A DNA stretch of 20,000 nt from an uncultured virus (IMG/VR IMGVR_UViG_3300009688_000445) (taxonomy: Duplodnaviria; Heunggongvirae; Uroviricota; Caudoviricetes), in IMG/VR virus record IMGVR_UViG_3300009688_000445. One strand, written 5' to 3'. The notes under the pieces are model-generated. The model did not search any database and was not told where the DNA came from. It worked only from the letters and a program-made list of their open reading frames with translations. A program made the position numbers and the translations under genes. Positions 7,989-14,777 of this stretch are shown here, one piece after another; within the stretch, counting starts at the first letter, position 1; the number at the start of each line of letters is the position of its first letter.

Positions 7989-8492
7989 ATGAATTATAAG
8001 AAGATATCCACCAAGAGAGAAAAAGAAATTGCAAAAGATATTTCAGGACAAAGACATGTAGGTTCTGGAAATGTCTGGTTTAAAAGAGGCGATGCAAGTA
8101 ATGAATTTCTTCTTATAGAAGATAAATTTGTTATATCAGATAGATACAGTATTAAGTTAGATATAATAGATAAATTAACATCACAAGCACATAAACAAGG
8201 AAAATTACCTATTTTGAGATTTGGATTTAGTAATAGATCCATATTTCAGAACTATGCATGTATAGAATCTTGTTATTGTAACCAAGAAGCAGAAGTAGGC
8301 TCTATTATGTTCTATACTTCTAGTAAGAAAAGTAAAACTATTAAATATAATGATTTATACGCTGCATTAACTACCTTTCAAGGTGATCCCATTGTATTAA
8401 AGTTGGTATTCTATGAAGAAAGAAGAACCTTCTATATAATAGAATGGCAAGATTTTTTAAAATCTCAAGAAAATCTTATTGTTTCTTTTTAG
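7989..8492 (+). CDS. Holliday junction resolvase-like PD-(D/E)XK nuclease
   Basis: REKEIAK...G.R..GSG...KRGD...LIEDK pattern typical of phage resolvases. Abuts recA. Confidence 0.7.
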   Translation: MNYKKISTKREKEIAKDISGQRHVGSGNVWFKRGDASNEFLLIEDKFVISDRYSIKLDIIDKLTSQAHKQGKLPILRFGFSNRSIFQNYACIESCYCNQEAEVGSIMFYTSSKKSKTIKYNDLYAALTTFQGDPIVLKLVFYEERRTFYIIEWQDFLKSQENLIVSF

Positions 8493-8496
8493 AAAA

Positions 8497-8526
8497 ACTA
8501 TATAATATAATATTATATAGTATAAT
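8497..8526 (+). promoter_or_regulatory. 11-bp perfect inverted repeat overlapping TATAAT boxes, upstream of the replication genes
   Basis: ACTATATAATA-taa-TATTATATAGT (8497-8521), with TATAAT at 8501-8506 and 8521-8526, in a 55-nt intergenic gap. Confidence 0.45.
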
Positions 8527-8547
8527 ACCATTTAAAGGGTTAATATA

Positions 8548-9276
8548 TTGAAATGTCCTTACGGAATCTGTAGCGGAACGGGCTTTATGCCAGTAATCTC
8601 TGCAACAGGTGAGCAAGAATTTACTCCGTGTAAATGCCGCCTGGAAAGAATACAGAAAGAATCGTTAAGAAAAAAAAGAATAGAAGCCAGAATCCCGGTT
8701 CGATACTGGGATTATTCTTTTGATAATTATAAAGCTCTAGCAAAAATGCTAGAGCCTAAGTTATTACCAGCAGTTATTGCTTCAAATGCAGAATATCTTA
8801 AAGTTTTAGAAAATTATATAGATAACCCTCAAAAATTATTAGAAGGTCCTCAGGTTCTATGGATTTGGGGTACAGATGATAATGCTTGTCATACAACCCT
8901 AGCTACTGTTTTAGCAGATAGCTTATTAAAAGTTAATGTGAAAGTTCTTTTTCTTGAATTTTATAAACTAATGGAGATGTTTACAAATTTTTCTTCAAGA
9001 TCTGAATATTTTCAGCAATTACAAGGGTATCAAGTATACATTTTAGATGACGCATTCGATACCACTAGATGTAATCCTACAAATTATAAACAATCTCAGT
9101 TATTTGGGTTTGTTAATGATTTATTAAATGATAATAAGCATATAATCTGTACATCTAATATTAGTGCTAAAAGTATTGACAATATTTTTAGTCAATTAAG
9201 AATAATTATTAATAGATCTGTGGAAGAAGTTAGACTTCAAGGATCTTTTACACCTATTCTTCAACATCTTAAATAA
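8548..9276 (+). CDS. DnaC/IstB-like helicase loader (AAA+ fold) with N-terminal Zn motif
   Basis: CPYGICSGTG...PCKC, IPVRYWDYSFDNY, Walker B YILDD, IICTSN. TTG start. Lies upstream of dnaB. Walker A is degenerate. Confidence 0.75.
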   Translation: MKCPYGICSGTGFMPVISATGEQEFTPCKCRLERIQKESLRKKRIEARIPVRYWDYSFDNYKALAKMLEPKLLPAVIASNAEYLKVLENYIDNPQKLLEGPQVLWIWGTDDNACHTTLATVLADSLLKVNVKVLFLEFYKLMEMFTNFSSRSEYFQQLQGYQVYILDDAFDTTRCNPTNYKQSQLFGFVNDLLNDNKHIICTSNISAKSIDNIFSQLRIIINRSVEEVRLQGSFTPILQHLK

Positions 9277-9278
9277 AT

Positions 9279-9500
9279 ATGGCAAAATTATTAACCTTCA
9301 AGTGTGAAGATGTAATTTTTGATGTTTATGATACTGAAAGAGTTCCTATGGACTCAAGTAAATATCAATATTTTATCACACCAAGAAGATTTGCACGAAT
9401 AGAAGCCTGGAGAATTCAAAATAACTTAAATTCTCCAATTTCTACTAAAGAACAATTAGATTATCTTATACAAAATGATATGATAGGGACGTATAAATAG
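9279..9500 (+). CDS. hypothetical protein
   Basis: 73-aa ORF exactly filling the gap between the loader and dnaB. Confidence 0.7.
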   Translation: MAKLLTFKCEDVIFDVYDTERVPMDSSKYQYFITPRRFARIEAWRIQNNLNSPISTKEQLDYLIQNDMIGTYK

Positions 9501-9505
9501 AATCT

Positions 9506-10975
9506 ATGTCAGATACCTTTGCACTACCAGAATTGCCAATAGATTTAGATAATGAAGCATTAATTTTATCTAATGCTCTTAAAAATAAAAAGAATAGAGA
9601 TCTTTTTATAAGAAAAACAGATTATCTTGATTTTAGATACAAAGAAAATCAAGTGGTAGCATGGGCAATTAAAGCAGTAGAAGAACAGAAGATGGATATT
9701 AATTCTGATGCTGTTTTATTAAAGTCAAAATCCTGTCCTGTAAGATATAATGTAGATTACAACTTTATTGATAGTTTAATTCAAAACTTTCCAGAAGTTG
9801 GTGAAGTAAACTATGACACTCATATTTCTAAACTACAATTAGATAAGATTAAATCTGAATTAGTAACAACATTCCATAAATCCATATATACTGCATGTTT
9901 AAATCCTAGATCAGATTTAAACTTTTTAGCAGCAAGAATGCAAAACGTAAATGATATCCTTCAAAAAGGATATTCCTATAGTCAAGTTCAATTCAAAGAT
10001 ATGAAGCAAGTCGTAGACGAATATAGAGAATATCGCAAACATTCTCAAGGTTTTTATACTACTGGATTTACACAATTGGATGCATATTTAACTGAAGGAT
10101 ATAAACCAAAGGGTATCTGTATTATTGCAGGTTTGCCTGGGATGGGTAAAAGCTCTCTGTGTTTAAGTTCAATGAATAACCTTGCTAATCAAGGTATTTA
10201 TTCTGCACAGTTTGCATTAGAAATGGATAATAATGCATTAGCCAGTAAACTAGCTTCTTACAATTCGAGAATAAGTGTAGAAAGAATTATAAAGCACTAT
10301 GATAAATTAACAGATGAAGAAAAGAAACTATTAGAATATGAACTTGATAGATTAGCTACTAATAAGTATCTACGATTTAATGATACGCCATCACAAAATC
10401 TGGATACTATTCGAGAACAAATAATGGTATTACAAGATCATTTGAAACAAGAATATATAGTAGTTTCAATAGACTTATTTGGTAAAATAAGAGAGTTTCA
10501 AGATAGTGATAGTTTTGCTACAGATTATGAAAAGAAATTAAATGAAGTACAGATTATGGCAAAGGAAACAGGTGTATGTATTATACCTGTTGCACAGATA
10601 CATAGATTAGAATCTGGAAGAAAATTTAAAAGACCAAAAATGAGTGATTTGAAAAACTCAGGTGCCTGGGAAGAAGTAGCAGATTTAATTTTAGCAGTGC
10701 ATAGACCGTGGTATGACCCAGAAACAGCAATGAAGAAACAGATAGCTGAAAATGAATATAGATACGGAACAGGAGAAGAACCAGAAGAATTAGAGGACGA
10801 TCCTAATGAATCTATTGCGGAAGTAATTATTCTTAAACAGAGGATGGGTGAAGGGAATAAGATTATTAATTTCTTTTTTGATAAAATAACAACTAGATAT
10901 AGTGCTATTACACCAGAATTTCAAGATACTTTGAATGCCCAAAAAGATATAGATCCTGAGGACGTACCCATATGA
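9506..10975 (+). CDS. dnaB: replicative DNA helicase DnaB
   Basis: TGFTQLD, Walker A AGLPGMGKS, FALEM, AQIHR, RPKMSDLKNSGAWEEVAD, AEVIILKQRMG. Confidence 0.93.
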   Translation: MSDTFALPELPIDLDNEALILSNALKNKKNRDLFIRKTDYLDFRYKENQVVAWAIKAVEEQKMDINSDAVLLKSKSCPVRYNVDYNFIDSLIQNFPEVGEVNYDTHISKLQLDKIKSELVTTFHKSIYTACLNPRSDLNFLAARMQNVNDILQKGYSYSQVQFKDMKQVVDEYREYRKHSQGFYTTGFTQLDAYLTEGYKPKGICIIAGLPGMGKSSLCLSSMNNLANQGIYSAQFALEMDNNALASKLASYNSRISVERIIKHYDKLTDEEKKLLEYELDRLATNKYLRFNDTPSQNLDTIREQIMVLQDHLKQEYIVVSIDLFGKIREFQDSDSFATDYEKKLNEVQIMAKETGVCIIPVAQIHRLESGRKFKRPKMSDLKNSGAWEEVADLILAVHRPWYDPETAMKKQIAENEYRYGTGEEPEELEDDPNESIAEVIILKQRMGEGNKIINFFFDKITTRYSAITPEFQDTLNAQKDIDPEDVPI

Positions 10976-11169
10976 ATATAATTGATGTAGATATATGTAA
11001 ATCCTGTAAAAATTTAAATCTCTTGACAAAAGAATTTCATCTTTATTATCTAGATTGCAAGATTAATGGAAATAAATTTATTTTGGAAAAAGAATTATTT
11101 AACTGTGATTCTTTTAAACCCATCATAGAACAGAAGAAAGAAGGATTCTTTAAAAAATTATTTAAATAG
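10972..11169 (+). CDS. small Cys-containing hypothetical protein
   Basis: ATGA overlap with dnaB. CxxC plus two further Cys. Confidence 0.6.
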   Translation: MNIIDVDICKSCKNLNLLTKEFHLYYLDCKINGNKFILEKELFNCDSFKPIIEQKKEGFFKKLFK

Positions 11170-11171
11170 AT

Positions 11172-12158
11172 ATGCAAAACTATAACGTAGAAAAAATACT
11201 TAAAGATCTTAATATAGCATATAAAAAATCTGGTAATAATGCTAGAATTAAATGTTTAAATCCTCATCACAACGAAAAAGAACCCTCCATGTTTGTTCAT
11301 TTAGATGACGGAAAGTTTCACTGCTTTGGTTGCGGAACTAAAGGTAATATTTTTACTCTAGCAAAAATGGAATTAAAGCTAGATGATAATGAAGCAAAAA
11401 AATATGTAATTGAGCAGACAAAAGGTGGTAATACCGAAGAAGAGGTATACAATCATCTTATAGAAGAAATGTCAAAGAGATCTCAGAAAAAAGAATGCTC
11501 TGAATTTACAGAAGTTAGAGAATTAGATACACTACCGATTACTTCTAATTTTTATCTAGAATACCAAAGAGGATTTACTAAAGAAGAAATTCATAGATGG
11601 AATATACGGCAGGTTAATACTCCTAGACAACCCTATCATAACTGGATTTATATTCCTATTTATTATAAAGGAAAGCTAAGAACTTGGTTTATTAGAAGTC
11701 CTCTTTCTAATAGAAAAGTATATGGTTATCATAAAGAAGGTGATACAGTAGTAGGATATCCAAGAAAGGATATCTTATTTGGATACGATACAATTCCTTT
11801 TAATACGGAAGAAGTTTATGGATTTGAAGGAATTTTTGATAAAATTTGGTTTGAAAGAACCAGACGGCAATCTCTAGCGTTTTTGGGTAATAGAATTTCT
11901 AAAGAACAGCGAGAAGCATTAAAAAGATTTAAAACTCTAGTTTTAGGGTTAGACAATGATAATGCTAGTTTACAGTTAATAGAAGATGCATTACAGCTAT
12001 CTTCTGTTTTAGAGGTACGAGTATGGTGCCCACCCGTATCTAAAAAAGATGCAAACGAATGCACACTAGAAGAAATGCTAGAATCTATATTTAAAGAAGT
12101 AGATATAGCAGAATTTATAAAATCAGAGAGGTTTTTACAATGGTCCTTGAGCAAGTAG
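11172..12158 (+). CDS. dnaG: DnaG-type DNA primase (CHC2 Zn finger + TOPRIM)
   Basis: CLNPHH.EK.PS...FHCFGCG Zn finger. TOPRIM motifs EGIFD, LDND, KKDANE. Confidence 0.9.
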   Translation: MQNYNVEKILKDLNIAYKKSGNNARIKCLNPHHNEKEPSMFVHLDDGKFHCFGCGTKGNIFTLAKMELKLDDNEAKKYVIEQTKGGNTEEEVYNHLIEEMSKRSQKKECSEFTEVRELDTLPITSNFYLEYQRGFTKEEIHRWNIRQVNTPRQPYHNWIYIPIYYKGKLRTWFIRSPLSNRKVYGYHKEGDTVVGYPRKDILFGYDTIPFNTEEVYGFEGIFDKIWFERTRRQSLAFLGNRISKEQREALKRFKTLVLGLDNDNASLQLIEDALQLSSVLEVRVWCPPVSKKDANECTLEEMLESIFKEVDIAEFIKSERFLQWSLSK

Positions 12159-12358
12159 ATTCATCTAATATCGATGCAGCAGGATATGATTCAACTAGTA
12201 GCAAAATGATTATCAGATTCAAAACTGGTATATATTACGAGTATCTAAAAGTTCCAGAAGTTATTTATAACAGATTTAAAGAAGCACAATCTAAAGGTAG
12301 TTTTTTTAATCAAAATATAAGAAATTCTTATAATTGTAATAGAATAGATACCTTATAA
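12140..12358 (+). CDS. KTSC domain protein
   Basis: VDSSNI.AAGYD....M.I.F..G..YEY..VP...Y..F..A.SKGSFFN.NIR matches the KTSC consensus. Confidence 0.9.
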   Translation: MVLEQVDSSNIDAAGYDSTSSKMIIRFKTGIYYEYLKVPEVIYNRFKEAQSKGSFFNQNIRNSYNCNRIDTL

Positions 12359-12419
12359 GTTTAAATGGTAGTTGTTGCATTATAAGAAATATATTATATT
12401 TAAATTACGGAATCAAATA

Positions 12420-12851
12420 ATGAAATTAAAAATAAATTTAGAAAAATTACCTCCTACATATGACTCACTTATTATAGACAGATTAGAAAAGAAAAATCTA
12501 CCTTCTTGTATGGGTGGAATGCTTCTTCCTATTTTAAATCAGATAGAAGAAATAGAAGACACAGATATTATAGCACCTACTGAAAGTATACCAGAAATCA
12601 ATCGAGCGAATGTAGATCTAACAGAAGTTTGTGCTAATTCTGACAAAGTCCTTACAGGAAATAGTATGACTGTTTCTGGTTTAAAACATATACTAGCATT
12701 TAAAGAATCTAAGGCAAATGCTTTTGTAGACCAATGTGAAAAATGCATTAATTGTACGTATATAGAAGTATGTAATAATCTAACACGCAATACACTACAA
12801 TCATTTGCAATAATGCAATCTTTATCAATTAAAGGAGTATCGAATGAATAA
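12420..12851 (+). CDS. hypothetical protein with a C-terminal Cys cluster
   Basis: Likely ATG at 12420 (track starts at TTG 12372). Contains CEKCINCTYIEVC. Overlaps the tubulin-like gene start. Confidence 0.7.
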   Translation: MKLKINLEKLPPTYDSLIIDRLEKKNLPSCMGGMLLPILNQIEEIEDTDIIAPTESIPEINRANVDLTEVCANSDKVLTGNSMTVSGLKHILAFKESKANAFVDQCEKCINCTYIEVCNNLTRNTLQSFAIMQSLSIKGVSNE

Positions 12852-13935
12852 ATTCTTTAGATTTATAGGTTTGGGTCAATGCGGTCTACGAATATCTCAA
12901 GAATTTGAAAAAATGGGATTTTATACGTCTATTATTAATTCTGACGAAATAGATGAAAGAGGATATGAGATAGAATCAGATAGATTGCTTGTTTTAAAAG
13001 GAACAGGAACAGGTAAATCTTTAAAGATAGGAAAACAAATTATAGAAAATAATAAAAGTAAATTTGAATCCTTTATCAGAAAGAATTGCAATAAGAATGG
13101 TGTTACAATCTTTATTGCAGGAGGTGGTGGAGGAACAGGTGGATCTTTTATTGCTCCTGCAGTAGAATATACAAAAAGTTTAGGGTATAAAGTAGGCGTA
13201 ATTTATACTCTTCCACCTAAAATGCTAGGCATCGTAACAGCAAAAAATTCCTTGATTACTTTAAAAGAACTTTTAAAACTTGAAACAGATTTCTTTATGC
13301 TGGTAGATAATGAATTATTAATAGAAGAAGTAGGAAAAGATGATACTTGGTGGGGTAAGATAAATAGAATGATATTATCTACTTTCTATTCATCTACTGA
13401 AATTATACGTGAAAATAAAACAGCTCAACAAGGTTTAGGTTCTATAGATAGAGGTGAGGTAATTAGAAGTTTAACTTATGGAAAAGGTTGTACAGATATT
13501 AGAAGATACTATCTAACCACAGAAGATTGTGGAAAAAGTGAAGAGGAGCTAAGTACTTTACTTTTTCATCCTCAACTTGTAGAAGGATATAATTATAAAG
13601 AATCCAAATGTTATTTGGTATCGATAGACGTACCACAATCTGGAAATTATAGCTTGATATCAAAGAAAATATTTGATATTATAAAGCATCGCGTAGGTAA
13701 TGCTATATCAATATTGGGTATGTTTACAGATCCACTTTTAAAAGATTCTGTTAAAGTAACAATTATAAATTCTGGATTACAATTACCTAAAATACTCCAA
13801 TCTAGAATAAAGAATCTAAGAAGAGATGAAAATGCTTTTCAACATAAACAAGAAAAGGAGGATCAAACTATTCAAGTTATTTCAGAATTAACATTTGATG
13901 AAGATCTCTCACTAGATAAAGACTTTCAACTATAA
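12844..13935 (+). CDS. tubulin/FtsZ-family GTPase (PhuZ/TubZ-like)
   Basis: FIGLGQCG (T1 loop), GTGTGK, signature GGGGGTGG, TLP, VDNE, T7-like GSIDRGEV. AAGGAG RBS. Confidence 0.88.
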   Translation: MNKFFRFIGLGQCGLRISQEFEKMGFYTSIINSDEIDERGYEIESDRLLVLKGTGTGKSLKIGKQIIENNKSKFESFIRKNCNKNGVTIFIAGGGGGTGGSFIAPAVEYTKSLGYKVGVIYTLPPKMLGIVTAKNSLITLKELLKLETDFFMLVDNELLIEEVGKDDTWWGKINRMILSTFYSSTEIIRENKTAQQGLGSIDRGEVIRSLTYGKGCTDIRRYYLTTEDCGKSEEELSTLLFHPQLVEGYNYKESKCYLVSIDVPQSGNYSLISKKIFDIIKHRVGNAISILGMFTDPLLKDSVKVTIINSGLQLPKILQSRIKNLRRDENAFQHKQEKEDQTIQVISELTFDEDLSLDKDFQL

Positions 13936-13963
13936 TAGCTATCAAATTATACGGAGGCTTTAC

Positions 13964-14578
13964 ATGAATTCTAATGTAGAAACATTATATGTAGAATATA
14001 CGCAAGAAAAAAATACTTTTAAGAAAGAAAGAATTCTAGGTAAAATATTTAAATGTTATGAACCTTTATCTAATAAACTTTCTTATAAATATTCCAGGAT
14101 TTTCCCATCATATGAAGCAGAGGATTGGAAAATCTTGGTAAATCTAGGAATATGGGAAGGAGTTAATAAAACTCCTACTAAAGAATTAGTTAGAAAATAT
14201 ATCTACTTTAGAATAAAGCATCAAATTGCAAAAGAAATACAACTTATAACAGCTAGAAAGCAAACTTATTTTCATGAGGTAGAATTAGATTCTGTTATTA
14301 TTTGTCCAGAAAATTCTGAAGAAACTCGTAAGATTACTAAATTAGATATAGAAGCTGCTATAAATAAATTACCAGATAAAACAAAACAGATTATTAAATT
14401 ATGGATGGATGATGTTCCAGTATGTCCTGATTCAGCCAAATCATCTTTAATGCAAGCATCAATATGTGATGAAGTTAATCTTTCTTTTCCAGCAGTTTAC
14501 TTTAGATTAGAAAGAGCATTTGAATTGTTGTATTGTTATCTATCAGATTATAAGGAAAGTATTTATGAGGAATGGTAG
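13964..14578 (+). CDS. sigma-70 family (ECF-like) sigma factor, divergent
   Basis: Region-2-like YEAEDW....LGIWEGV...YIYFRIK. Region-4-like AINKLPDKTKQII.L...SICDEVNLSFPAVYFRLERA. GGAGG RBS. Confidence 0.65.
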   Translation: MNSNVETLYVEYTQEKNTFKKERILGKIFKCYEPLSNKLSYKYSRIFPSYEAEDWKILVNLGIWEGVNKTPTKELVRKYIYFRIKHQIAKEIQLITARKQTYFHEVELDSVIICPENSEETRKITKLDIEAAINKLPDKTKQIIKLWMDDVPVCPDSAKSSLMQASICDEVNLSFPAVYFRLERAFELLYCYLSDYKESIYEEW

Positions 14579-14777
14579 AAATATTTGTATCTATATGTCT
14601 GATTATAACCTTTATTGTTCTTTAGATAAAGAGGTTAGAGAACTATATTATAAAAAATATGGTCAAGCTCTTTCCAAAAGCGAAGTGATTAATAAAGGAT
14701 TAGCAGTTTTAAAAGATACATTAACTAAATCAGAAAATCTTTCTGAGCTACCCAAATATAGCAGGATATTCAAGTGA
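14565..14777 (+). CDS. small DNA-binding protein, ribbon-helix-helix-like
   Basis: Likely start ATG 14565 after AAGGA. Pattern RNICIYM (strand), helix, LSKSEVINKGL (RHH helix B-like). Confidence 0.5.
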   Translation: MRNGRNICIYMSDYNLYCSLDKEVRELYYKKYGQALSKSEVINKGLAVLKDTLTKSENLSELPKYSRIFK

